Below are positions 24,300 to 37,260 of a stretch of DNA of 64,000 bases, one piece after another. How positions within the stretch are numbered: the stretch's first letter is position 1; each line of letters opens with the position of its first letter. Source of the stretch: Octopus sinensis (taxonomy: Eukaryota); NCBI RefSeq assembly GCF_006345805.1, contig NC_043021.1:22816001-22880000 (forward strand). Reading direction: 5' to 3'. The notes beneath the pieces are model-generated. The model was not told the origin of the DNA, searched no databases, and saw only the letters and a program-made list of their open reading frames with translations. A program made the position numbers and the translations under genes.

Positions 24300-24390
24300 G
24301 CTGCCTAAGGTTCCACGAAGTGGGAGTGAACCCGGAACCATGTAGTTGATAAGCGAGCTTCTCACCACACAGCCACGCCTGCGTCTAAAC
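24300..24390 (-). mobile_element. Head fragment of SINE family B
   Basis: Reverse complement of GCAGGCGTGGCTGTGTGG...ATGGTTCCGGGTTCA. Confidence 0.75.
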
Positions 24391-24551
24391 AAGTATGAAC
24401 ATATGTATACGCAAAAAGATGGGTTGCTCGTTTATAGAAATATTTTAATGATTCCTTTGTTAAATCGAAATGAACGAGGACTACAGAACAAGGACAAATG
24501 AGGATTGTATTATTTACTGGGGATGCTGTTTAAAGTATATCAGACAGATAG

Positions 24552-24965
24552 GCGCAGGAGTGGCTGTGTGGTCAGTAGTTTGCTAACAAACCACATGGTT
24601 CCGGGTTCAGTCCCACCGCGTGGCATCTTGAGCAAGTGTCTTCTGATAAAGCTCCGGGCCGACCAATGCCTTGTGAGTGGATTTGGTAGACGGAAACTGA
24701 AAGAAGCCTGTCGTATATATGTGTATATATATATATATGTATGTGTGTGTTTGTGTTTGTGTGTTTGTGTTTGTCCCCCTAGCATTGCTTGACAACCGAT
24801 GCTGGTGTGTTTACGTCCCCGTCACTTAGCGGTTCGGCAAAAGAGACCGATAGAATAAGTGTTAGGTTTACAAAGAATAAGTCCCGGGATCGATTCGCTC
24901 GACTAAAGGCGGTGCTCCAGCATGGCCGCAGTCAAATGACTGAAACAACTAAAAGAGTAAAAGAG
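24552..24965 (+). mobile_element. Full CORE-type tRNA-derived SINE family B with internal (TA)/(TG) tract
   Basis: tRNA-like head GCAGGAGTGGCTGTGTGG...GGTTCCGGGTTCAGTCCC, CORE-like CTTGAGCAAGTGTCTT, and tail ending GACTGAAACAACTAAAAGAGTAAAAGAG. Confidence 0.88.
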
Positions 24966-26820
24966 AGAGAGTATCATAATTATTATCATGAAGACGACGA
25001 CGATGATGATGATGATGCTGATAATGATGTTGGTTGTGCTGTTATTGGTCTTGATGTCGTTGTCGGTGATGACGTTGTTAAGTGCATGACGGTAGCAATG
25101 ATGATGATAACGACGATGACGGCGACTATCCCGATAATTATGGCGACACAGACGACGATGACGACGATGACGACGATAGCACGTAATAAAGCGTTTCTCA
25201 CACCAACCAACTCTTGAACACTATAAATCCTAATCATTTCAGAAGGATGGATTCTATTAGAGATATTTCCAGTCAGTTTGATTATACGATGTGTTTACAA
25301 TTAACTATCGTCAAACAGTTCAGCATTACCAGGAAATAAACTAATCGAGAGTCACACCGCCAATTCTCATCATGTCATCACTGTATAACCAACAGAAATC
25401 TCTCCCAGTGGATACAGGCTTCGATGTTCATTTCTGTCCTTGACGTAACGGACACCATTTTACTTTTATTTTCTACTTTGACTACGTTGTTCATATTTTG
25501 TATACAAGCATGGATGTTACAACATCATTTCATTTCTAACTCCCTTGAAATTTAATGATTATATAATTCAGCCGAAGAATGTAGGATGAGCAATGTAAAA
25601 TAGTTGCAAAAATGAGGAATCCGGCGTCCTGTCCAGGTAGAGAATATATTGACTACTAAAACCGGGAAACTGACTCGGGAAGGAACTTTTTCTGTTCTTA
25701 CCGTCTATTCAAATAAAACGTAGGATTTATGTGTTTCTAAGTTCATCGATGGCGAAAATATATATGGTAAATTGAACGTCGAGGAACCTCGTCACCATTA
25801 TTTACCTCATGCATTCCTGATTTTCATTTTCTTTTCCTACCTCTGTCCCTTATAAAGTTGCACAATATTTGTATGATGCTTTACCGATATCGATAATGCA
25901 ATCACTATTTGGGAATGAATATATAGTAGCGAAAAACATTTATTATGTATTTTGTTATCAGCGAAATCTATTACTAAGATTTGTGCTCGGAACCAACGAA
26001 AATGTGTTGGATAAAATACAAGGAAATGAAACTTTCAAAGAAGAGTTCTGCTTTCCGTCATACCCCACCACATACATATACAAAAAAAAAATAGCTAGCA
26101 AGAAACACGCACAAACACAATACGTTTAGAAATCAGCCATGAGTAACATAAACTCGATCGTTTCTTTAAAAACCACTTCGATTCTTAAAATCTATATTTA
26201 AAATATAAAACTGAAATGACTTTAAATGGTTATTCCCACCAGAAATCCAATATCGCATTCAATTGTAGAAACGAACAACACTGAGAAAGAAACGGAGATT
26301 TTAAAAATACATTTCAGAAAGTAAAACGAGAAACAAGTACATCGTCGAAGGTATTAGGCAAACGCAAGAATTCAAAGGGTGGCGGTGAAAAAAAATCTAT
26401 AGAGTTTCTGTTATGTTCTGTGTTAGACATTTATGTATATATTTTTTTGTAAAATTCTCTTTTTATGTCTCATTGATGTCTCATTCATAAACTCAATTTG
26501 CTCACACTAAAATATTGAAAGCTTTCTGCTCTCTGTTCAGTTAAAAATGTTGAAAAGATAGAACATCTCAAATGGAATAGTCACACACAGGCGCACGCAC
26601 GCATACTCACACACAGGCGCACGCACGCATACTCACACACACACTCACACACACACACACTCACACACACACACACACACCACACACACACACACACACT
26701 CACACACACACACACATACATGCGTACATATATATGTATGTATATATATAAAGTTAATCCAAACAAGAAAACACAGAAAAAAGGGAAAAAAAGAAGAAAA
26801 AAACACAGCAACGCAGGACA

Positions 26821-26852
<32 letters not shown>

Positions 26853-26960
26853 CAGATATATATACATATATATACATATATGTATATACATATATATATG
26901 TGTGTATACATATATACATATGTATATATATATGCATATATATGTATATATATGTATATA

Positions 26961-27001
<41 letters not shown>

Positions 27002-27266
27002 GTATGTATGTGTATAACATCATTATTTTACATTTGTATGAATATCAACATGTACTGATGTAAAAACATCTGAGTTGTTGTAAAGTGTTCTATTGTGTGT
27101 TCTATTTTTCCGCTATTTCCTACTTACGCCTCCATTCCACTCACTTTCTCCGCACACACGTGTCGTTGACACCTAGACTACAGCACACACAAAAAACGCA
27201 CGGAAACACACATCTTCACATGGATGTGCACGCGGAGCATTCACAGTGATGTTATTATACATAACC

Positions 27267-27340
<74 letters not shown>

Positions 27341-28048
27341 ATATTTATGTATATATATATATATATACGTAAGATTTATTTACATATATATGTATATATA
27401 TATATATATATTATATATATATATATGTATATATGTGTGTGTGTTGCATGCACATACGTACATGCATACGTACAAGTATACAACCATACATTCGTGCATA
27501 AATACATCGACACACAAAGGGAGAGATTTTGTAGTGTATGAGATTGCGTGGGTGAGAGATACATAGAGAGAGAGAGAGGGAAGGAGGGAGACAGAGAAAT
27601 ATATTATAAATATAAATTGCTCAATAAATATACAGTATTTAGAACAGAATGTGTATTTCAGTCAGTGATGCTGGAGTATTTGTTATCCCCGTTTCCCACA
27701 CAGCAGTTCTGTGTCACAGAGTACGTAAAGAGAAGTTAAACAAATATAATGTTTATAGAATATTTACACCAATTTACCTGCATGACAGTGATAGAGACTG
27801 TCTATCAGTTGCATAACATAAATTAATTACTAAAAATCATTGTGAACTTAGGTTCTTATATAAGTTCATGTTAGTCGGATTGGTGCCTTCGTTTTAATGT
27901 TACTTTCCCTGTCGTTCGGCTGGTGTATATTCCAGCCGTCTTCGGGTGCCTTGTCTTGAACCCAGTTGTTGTATTGGAATTCGAAGGTGAATCTTTCATT
28001 GATCTACAAAGGTCTGTTTCATCTTACGATTCCACACCAGGTATCTTG

Positions 28049-28107
<59 letters not shown>

Positions 28108-28267
28108 TATATATGTATGTATGTATGTATGTTTGTATATATGTATGTATGTATATACAAACGGAGTTTAACGCAGGTATAATTCAAATACTTTTACTTC
28201 CGACACATGTTTCGAAGATTTTTTCCGTGTTAATTGTTAACAAGTGAAAAATACACTCATCTCTCTG

Positions 28268-28309
<42 letters not shown>

Positions 28310-28318
28310 ATATATATA

Positions 28319-28363
<45 letters not shown>

Positions 28364-28390
28364 TATATATATAATTAAAAGTGGCAAAAT

Positions 28391-28449
28391 TATCATAATA
28401 ACTGTTACTCTGAGTTTCATGTTCTCGTTTGTCGGAGAGATTTTGTGAT
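28391..28449 (-). ncRNA. Decayed copy of the 41114 hammerhead element (core mutated)
   Basis: Minus strand ATCACAAAA..CCGACAA-ACGAGAACAT-GAAACTCAGAGTA-ACAG..ATGATAA. Confidence 0.55.
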
Positions 28450-28585
28450 ATTTTTGATATTTTTTAAATAAGGAATTGTACTCTACCTCCGGTATTAAAT
28501 TACTATTTCTTCCATCTTGATTCACATCTATTTGCTTACTCAGGTATACACAAAGACACACACACAAAGACACACACACACACAT

Positions 28586-28636
<51 letters not shown>

Positions 28637-28705
28637 TAGATATATAGATAGATAGATAGAGAGATAGAGAAACAGACAGACAGACAGACAGACATACAGA
28701 CAGAC

Positions 28706-28742
<37 letters not shown>

Positions 28743-30088
28743 CATAGATAGTGTGTGTGTGTGTGCGCGCGCGTGTGTGTGTAAACATACATGCATAATA
28801 CATACATGCATTCATGCATGCATACATATAAACATAAATATAACAAAGTTTCTTTTCTTAAATATAACAGTTATCTATTACACTCAGGAGAACTCTGGTC
28901 TGTCCAGCACTCTAATAGAAGGCAATTATTGTCAAAAACATCATTAAGTTTGTCCAATTTTGCGTATACGTGTTTATGAACAGACATTTTAGAGACACAA
29001 TGATAGTTTTGCAGCATATAGGAACGGATATATGCATGCGTGTATGTGCTTCCATATAAATGGGAGCGTATCTGCCCAGTTCTGAGGAAAGAAGCAAAGT
29101 GTCTTTAATACATTAAATTTACAATGAAGTATAAGTTTGAGGCAGCATGAACATCTATATGTAGACATCGCGTATGTATAACAGGGTTTGTGTGATGTTT
29201 TAAATTTATGATCACTGACTTAATTTCGATTTTCCTTTATAGAGAGAATTACATAATTTCGAACCCAATGGTTTTGAATTGATGTTATTCTTGCAGATGC
29301 TAGAAGTCTCACGAACGTTCCATATTCATGTGTGTTCCTTTACGTATATACCTCCATGATTTATCAAAAACCTTTGCAGAAATTCAATATCATGTCCCAA
29401 ACAAATTAGGTAGAATCTGCAGAAAAAAAATTGTAATTTCACACAGTTCTCGTATCACGTTTTATGTTTTTGCCTCTTTGTAAATGTAAATATCTATTCA
29501 ATATATTACATAATAACTTATTCCATATCGACATACGCTCTATTCTACAGCCAAAAGTACACGCGCGTACATATAGTTATTCATGTATACCTTACCCTAT
29601 ATATATGTGAGTGTGTATGAGTATGTGTGAGTATTGATTTTTGTTTTATGTTGAGTTATAAAAAACAATTTTCCTATCTATTTTTTTTTAAACTGAAGGA
29701 TCACTCAATACATTTCTCAGAAAACATTTATTATTCTTTAACTAGAGTAGCGCTTTTAGTGACTTCGAAGTCTCAGTCAGTTATTATTTAGTCAGTCTGA
29801 CTGAGCATGCAAAATTTCACTCATCTCGTAGAATCACTACCGCGACGGATAGAACAGTTAGCAGCATTCCGTCAACGACTTTACGTTTAATTCACTTTTG
29901 AGGGGCGGGGCAATAAAATAGTTACCTGTTGAACACTCGGGTGAATGTAATTGAGTTAAGCTTCACACGAAATTGTCAGACTTGTGTCGAACTTTTACAC
30001 CAAAACTATAGTACATGTGTGTGTGTGTGTGTATTTGTACATACACACATGCATATATATATATATATATATATATGCAGCACGGATT

Positions 30089-30136
30089 TTATCAGTGAAC
30101 AGGTCGCGGATTTTAGCGACGAAAATATTTCGACAA
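30089..30136 (+). ncRNA. Hammerhead-like fold with G3:C8 swapped core (candidate)
   Basis: TTATCA-GTGAACA-G-GTCGC(ggatttta)GCGAC-GAA-AATATT-T-CGACAA. Two mismatches in stem I. Confidence 0.4.
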
Positions 30137-30277
30137 ATTAAACTTAAATGTTGAAGTGAATCGAACGGCTTTTATGTGTTTCTTAAATGGCTTACAAACA
30201 CCTTTCACGCTGCAATTGTTTTCGTTCCAGGACACGATCTCAGATCAAATCAATTGCTATGCAAGTACATCTCCGTA

Positions 30278-30299
<22 letters not shown>

Positions 30300-30313
<14 letters not shown>

Positions 30314-30700
30314 CATAGATAATAATATATTCAATAGTATAGTCCAAGTACTATGTAATCCAGGATCTATCTAACCACATCGGATAATTGGGAACGAGAT
30401 ATTGTTCAAGCAAAGCAATCATAGTGTTCTTTCCCCGAGAGAGAAATCTTGAGTTCGATCCTTTAGACATTATGCAGTATAGTGTGTGTAGATTTAAAAC
30501 GTTAAATAATAATGAAGATATGTTCATTCCCAAAACGTTTCATGTGTCAATCCGTCAAATGTTTCTGTTACATGGAGATCCTAGGATGTCCTCTCCGGTT
30601 GCACCCTGTTGTTTTGGTGTCATTATGATTTCATCCAAGATAAACATATCCCTGCAGCTTTTTTCAAGATATTACTACTATGAGCCATGTGTATATATAT
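30300..30700 (-). pseudogene. Possible highly decayed Tc1/mariner transposase fragment
   Basis: Frameshifted PNYP...LDY resembles WPPNSPDLNPLDY. Weak. Confidence 0.3.
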
Positions 30701-30739
30701 GTATATGTGTGTGTGTGTGTATATATATATTATACTATA

Positions 30740-31291
30740 CAGTGTTACTTAAAGAGAATGAACCGATTTCATTACGCAAAATTTTAATACGAAAAAACAA
30801 TAAACTCCAGCTAAGTCGCAAGTATTTACTCACAATCAACTTTTATTTACTGTCTTAGAAGTGTTCAATGTGGCCACCACCTGCAGCACGAGGAATATCA
30901 TTACAATAAGAGAATCTCTACACGTACCAGCATATCGCAATCCACTGAGTTGATCGCTGTTGTTATTCGATTTTTAAGGTGTGGCAGCCATTCAACACTT
31001 AGAAAACCCCACCGCGACCCACTAACCTCGGTTACCTCAAACATCGAATAGCAACACCGATCAACTCAATGGGCCGTAATATGCTGATACGTGTAGGAAT
31101 TCACTTATCGCATTGCTGTTGCCTGTGCTACAGGTGGTGGCCAGGTAAGGGGTGGGCACATTGAACACTTGTAAGACAGGAAATAAAAGTTGATTGTGAG
31201 TAAATACTTGTGACTTAGCTAGAGTTTTCTATGGCTTTTCTTTATTAAAATATCACGTAATGGAATCGGTTCATCATTTTGAATAACCCTG
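30740..31291. mobile_element. Foldback MITE (Tc1/mariner-type ends) with ~240-bp inverted arms
   Basis: TA|CAGTG...CCCTG|TA ends. Arms match, e.g. GCTAAGTCGCAAGTATTTACTCACAATCAACTTTTATTT versus AAATAAAAGTTGATTGTGAGTAAATACTTGTGACTTAGC. Confidence 0.85.
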
Positions 31292-31860
31292 TATGCTACA
31301 TTGTACACACATATACACACACAGGCACACACACACATGTATATATATATATACACGCACACGACTGTATAGTAAGGCATACCTGACGCTTATTTATATC
31401 GTTTTATGTAACACTTTGCGATCTAGTTCGGATTTTAACATTCCATGGTCAATGAAATTATCATCAAATAATTAGAATTTCTTGTATATTAGCTATGGAT
31501 TTCACTTTCCGTCCTGGTGGATTCGGGGATTGTATATTGTATAAGACATGCTACATATGACATCCATCCTAACAGCTACCTTTATATTGAATTGTATTAT
31601 TATCCTAATAGCATTGTAAATTAACAAGTGTCATAATATTTCCCCCACATATCTAAATCTAATGAATCATTAACAGTATTGGTTCCGTCAGAGAGATACA
31701 GAAGAATTACTTCACTTTACTTGTCAAAGATGTACCACCAAACATTTTAAAACTTTCTAACGTAAAATAGCATTGCGTAATATAACATCTACTTAAATAT
31801 GACAATAACTAAGCGGTTACGACCATTACGTCATTATGTAATATTGCTTCACTCTTAAGG

Positions 31861-32440
31861 GGGCCAGCTGGCAGAGACGTTAACACGCCGGGCGAAATGC
31901 TTAGCAGTATTTCGTCTGCCGCTACGTTCTGAGTTCAAATTCCGCCGAGGTCGACTTTGCTTTTCATCCTTTCGGGGTCGATTAAATAAGTACCAATTAT
32001 GCACTGGGGTCGATATAATCGACTTAATCCGTTTTGTCTTTCCTTGTTTGTCTCTTCTGTGTTTAGCCCCTTGTGGGTAGTAAAGAAATAGGTATTTAGT
32101 CTGCCGCTACGTTCTGAGTTCAAATTCCGCCGAGGTCGACTTTGCCTTTCATCCTTTCGGGGTCGATTACATTAATACCAGTTACGCACTGGTGTCGATA
32201 TGATCGACTTAATCCGTTTGTCTGTCCTTGTTTGTCTCTTCTCTGTTTAGCTCCTTGTGGGTAGTAAAGAAATAGGTATTTCGTCTGTCTTTACCCTCTA
32301 AGTTCAAATTCCGCCGACGTCGACTTTGCCTTTCATCCTTTCGGGGTAGATAAATTAAGTACCCGTTGCGTTCTCGAATGGATTAATCGACTAGAACCTG
32401 CCCCCAAATTCCAGGCCTTGTGCCTAAAGTAGAAAACAAT
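31861..32440 (+). mobile_element. SINE family C with three tandem units
   Basis: Head at 31861. Unit starts GGTATTT at 32091 and 32275 (184-bp period). Terminal GGCCTTGTGCCTAAAGTAGAAAA. Confidence 0.9.
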
Positions 32441-32889
32441 ATTGTTTAACTCTTTCAACACACCTTCGACAAATTGCCTCACCATGTATGAACTACTTAT
32501 AAATTGGAGCATAAATATTTTAAACAGCGAATTAATCGAGAAAAATGCTTGCTTTGCAGTATTTATTTAGAGTTCGTGATATTTAGAGTTCGTGATTTAG
32601 ATTTCGTGACTTCAATTTTCTTCGTTCAATGCTTGATAAAATACCAATCAGCTTAGTGACAGAGATTTTTTATCCATTGTGCGTGAGTCAAAAAGGAAAC
32701 CGAAAGAATAAGTACCAGGCGTTAAAAAATATTGGAGTTTATTCGATCGACCGATTTGCTCAAGGAGGTGCCCAAGCATGGGCACAACCTGAAGATTGGA
32801 ACAAGTATTGAAAAGTTCATATATATATGCATATATATATATGTGTGTGTATATATATATATGTGTGTGTGTGTGTGTACGCGCGCGAC

Positions 32890-33140
32890 ACACATATATA
32901 CTCTTTTAGTTTTTTTACTTGTTTCGGTCATTTGACTGTGGTCATACTGGAGCATCGCCTTTAGTCGACCAAATCCCTGCTGTACTCTTTTGCCACAACT
33001 TTCTCTCACTCTTTCTTCTGTTGGCCTGCTCGCTTAACCAGAGGGGCGGCGTCACTTGAAGGCTAAAAAACAATGCGAAACGCATTGTGACCAGCGATGT
33101 GTAGCACCATCTGATAGCCTGGTTGGCCACGGTGATATAT
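32890..33140. mobile_element. Junction of a family B 3' end (minus) with a family A body carrying an alternative tail (plus)
   Basis: CATTTGACTGTGG...GCCTTTAGTCGA runs directly into CCCTGCTGTACTCTTTT...TGTTGGCCTGCTCGCTTA. Confidence 0.75.
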
Positions 33141-34867
33141 ATATATATATATATATATATGAGGGCGGGGATTTTTTTTCCAAACGGCATCTTGCTAACC
33201 CGGGTGGATTTCTCTTCGAGTTGTCTTTGCAAACATTGCTGATTACCATTCTCGTCTCTACTGTTGATTTTATCGTTCTTATTTAATGCTCTTTTATCGC
33301 GAACATAACTTAGTCTCATGTACGGGCACGAGCGTACATAATCTCGACGACGAGAACTGCAGACACTAATTTTTTTATACCTTTTCTGTTTTTTGTTTTT
33401 TGCAAAGTGGTTTGCAAGTAGATTCATTCAACCAAAACTGTAATGAGCATGCGCTGAATAATCAGTGTTGTGGAAAATATTCCGCTTGTCGTTTTGTCTC
33501 AAATAAAAAATTTTTAAATGACTTGATAAGCGATCAAAGATGTACAGTAAAAACTAAAATGAATTAATAAAAAGAAAATGAGAAAAGACGACGTACATAA
33601 CAAAGAGATTTGCTGGCGTAACACTAAAGACGAATGAAATTATTAATAAAAATTTCAAGACAATGAAATAGAAATCCACACGATTTTTTTTTAATCGAAT
33701 AAAATCACAACAGAATATTGCAGAGTCATAAATGGTGTGTCTTTTCGTGTGTGTGAATATGTACTTTTATGTGTGTATTGTTGTCTGGCTTTTAATTGTT
33801 TATTCTTTTCTTTTTTTTTTATACTGTTTTTTTTTCTTTTTAGTTGTTGTTAAAACGAATTTTAATCTATGACAGAAAGCATTTTAATATTTCACTAATT
33901 AAAATGATTTTTAGAAAATGAGAGAAAAATTGAGAAAATGAAGTGAAAGCGTGTTAGAAGTAGGAGAAAAAAATAAGGCAAGAGAGACGGAGAAATGACT
34001 ATACACACACACACACAAACACACACACTCGGACACAGGAAGACGGACATACGGCTGTATAGAGACTTCCTATTGGGTGTAATTGTCATACTCATGTGGG
34101 TCGGTGCCAATGTTTTCAGTGTCTTTAATCATGCTAATGATGATGATAATAAAATCCTTATTGTCATCAAAATGTTGACAAACACGACATAAAGTGGATT
34201 ATTATGGAGTAGAAATACTATGAAATTTCAAGAAACGTTAGAATTTAAGATAGAAAAAAACTTACACACCCATCAATGATTCATCAATGGATTCTATTAT
34301 TATTGCTCCTTTTCTAATCCGGGACAGGAGTTACCTTCTCTTGAGTGCATTCTATATGCGGTTTTCAGATTAGCGAAGGTGCAGTATTAGCGAGGTGAGG
34401 CTGTCGGTGGGAGTAGCGAAATCGATATTGCTTAGCTTGTGATTTTATCAAAGGTTTCAATATTTTAGCGGCTTTTAATGTTTCTCTTCTTCCTTTTCTT
34501 CGCCTATGCATGGCACGTGTATAAGTAATGTGATGTAGGGGGAAATAGTTTATTTAGCTTCTAAAATCCTTTGGAGATTAGAGGAAAATTACAAATAACA
34601 CATTTAAGATCTGCAATAATAAAAATTAATGCCTCAACATGGATGTCCTGGACAAAATGCGTGCCTTGATCTTTACGACCCCTCATACTAAAGAGCAGAT
34701 ACAAGCCAAACAACCACAGCTTGAAACGTCTATAAAAAGAATATGATTTCAAATTTTGAGCCCTTAGGTAATGTTCGAATCAAGAATTTCAAATCCATCT
34801 TTCTGTGGATATCACGCTGCATTAGATACTGCATTAGAAGATTCTTCAACGATTCAGATAACAAATT

Positions 34868-35070
34868 ATAGATAGACAGAGATAGATAGATAAGGAGAGA
34901 TAGATAGGTAGCTAGATAGGTAGTTAGACAGATAGATAAGTAGATACATAGATAGGTAGATAGATAGATAGATAGATAGGTAGGTAGGTAGGTAGGTAGG
35001 TAGGTAGGTAGGTAGGTAGGTAGGTAGGTAGGTAGGTAGATATGTAGATAGATAGGTAGATAGATAGATG
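34868..35070. repeat. (TAGA)n/(TAGG)n tetranucleotide microsatellite
   Basis: Direct reading. Confidence 0.95.
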
Positions 35071-35751
35071 TAAATGTGTGTGTGTGTGTGTGTGTGCGTG
35101 TTGCGAATTATCTGGTCGATTAAAACATATGATGTGACAAAAGGCAACCGATCGATTAAAGCACATATGGCTTCTTTTCCACAGTGAAGCCTTTTGTAAG
35201 GAAAGACAAATTTTTAGGAATCACCATTAGCAGAGTTTTGATGCGAATGATTGCCGCAGAATCAATGAGCAACGTACTACAGAATGTTCTATATAAAATT
35301 TATTCATTTACTGGGATAGTAACCCCCACTACGGCTTGGATTTCAAAACGCACTTATAGACTACATGGGCACGCTGGTGCGAAATCCCAAATTGTTCAAC
35401 ACCAACATGCGCGTGCGAGAGGACACATGCACGCTCGCACAAATACACGCGCCCGCACATACACGCGCGCGCGCAGACACACACACACAAACAAATGCGT
35501 GTATACACGAGTCTGTTGCAAGAAAAACGATGAGACAAGAGAAATTTCTTGCGATTATATAAAGACTGACGTTGTTTAAATTCATGTCAGAACAAAAGAA
35601 TAAATACATACATATATATATATATATACACACAAAGAGAGAGAGAGAGAGAGTGAGGCGAGAGAGAGCGAGGGATATGTATACATATACATATATATAT
35701 ATATGCATATATATGCATATACATATATATGTGTATATGTATGTATATGTA

Positions 35752-35815
<64 letters not shown>

Positions 35816-35821
35816 TGTAAG

Positions 35822-35990
35822 CGCATGAGTGGATCTGTGGTAAGTAGATTGCTTACCAACCATATAGTTCCGGGTTCAGTCCCACTGCATGGCAACTTGG
35901 GCAAGTGTCTTCTGTTATAGCCTCGGGCCGACCAAAGCCTTGTCGGTGGATTTCGGTAAGGGAAACTGAATGAAGCATGTCGTATATGTA
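35822..35990 (+). mobile_element. Head and CORE region of SINE family B
   Basis: TGTGGTAAGTAGATTGCTTACCAACC...GGTTCAGTCCCACTGCATGGCAACTTGGGCAAGTGTCTTCT. Confidence 0.85.
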
Positions 35991-36039
35991 TGTATGTATT
36001 CCTGTATATGTTTCCCCGTACCTTTGTCTTCAAGTGTTC

Positions 36040-36365
36040 CAGTAGAAGAAATTGGCGTTACGGTTTACTTTTCAAAGCCTAGTACATATTCTATCGGCCT
36101 ATTCTGCCGAATCACTAACTTACAGGGACGTAAACATACCAGCACCGTTTGTCAGGCGGGGATGGGGGATAAACGTATACATAAAGCCACATAAACACAC
36201 CTACACACACTCACGTATATATATACGAGGAGCTTCTTTCAGTTTCCGTCTACCTGATTCACTAACAAGTTTTTAGTGGTTCCAAGTCTATAGTAGACGA
36301 CTCTTGGACAAGGTGACACGCAGTGGAACTGAACCTGGTACAATATGGTTAGGAAGTAAGCTTTA
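36040..36365 (-). mobile_element. SINE family B copy
   Basis: Reverse complement similar to 24552-24965. Confidence 0.75.
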
Positions 36366-37020
36366 TCGAATGGTATCTATAGAAGTTTATAGTCAATCTA
36401 TGATATATTCACAACAGTGACAAGAAAACAAAAGAAAAACTATATTAATTACTGAATAAAAGAACATTGCAGACACACTTCAATTATATCTGGTAATACA
36501 GAGTACACCATAATTTAATATTAACATCAGAGAAGTATGTAAATTTTATAGAAAGAAATACATATAGAGCATACAAAAGAATATACGAAATTACTTCTTT
36601 GGAATTTACAGTGTAATATATTTGAATTACATACAGAAAGTTGAATAACAAATTTACTGTTAAATATTACTGCTAATAATATGCCAAAAAAAAGTATATA
36701 AAAGAAACACATAAATATCACACATAGACGGAGATGTGTCAAGTAGACGAATTGATAACAGCCGTACAATCAGCATATGCATAGATGTAACGACATCAAA
36801 ATAATTGCAGAGGAATTACAAAAGCAAATGTACACAAACAACCATGGGAGGAGATCGTTTTTGAAAAACATTTGAGAAATACAAGGTTGGAAGTTAATCA
36901 AAACATACGAAATAATATCAATGAATGAAGACAAACATGAAGATATTCTCTTAGTTTATACGATGTGGGGAAACATTTGACGAAACATACCTATTTCCCT
37001 GAATATATACATATATATAT

Positions 37021-37059
<39 letters not shown>

Positions 37060-37159
37060 TTCTATCGTTATTCTCTTATTTCCCTGTATACTTAATACAT
37101 ATCTAATTTACCTCAATAACGACTTATATCGGAAGCTACTATTTCTCTTTAAATTCCGT

Positions 37160-37260
37160 AAAGGTCGACTTTGATGTTCATCCTTTCGGGGTTGATAATA
37201 AATTCCCAGTTGAAGACTGGGGTCGATGTAATCTAAATATTCCATCTACCGAAATTGCTC
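37160..37260 (+). mobile_element. Fragment of SINE family C
   Basis: AGGTCGACTTTGATGTTCATCCTTTCGGGGTTGATAA...CTGGGGTCGATGTAATC. Confidence 0.7.

Noticed and set aside
28195-28230. Minus-strand GAAACAUGUGUC-GGAAG half-hammerhead
   Set aside because: No CUGANGA or matching stem I strand upstream.
35171-35579. Strong acceptor followed by a 131-aa ORF
   Set aside because: No good donor in frame, no recognisable protein, and the ORF runs into (CA)/(CG) repeats.
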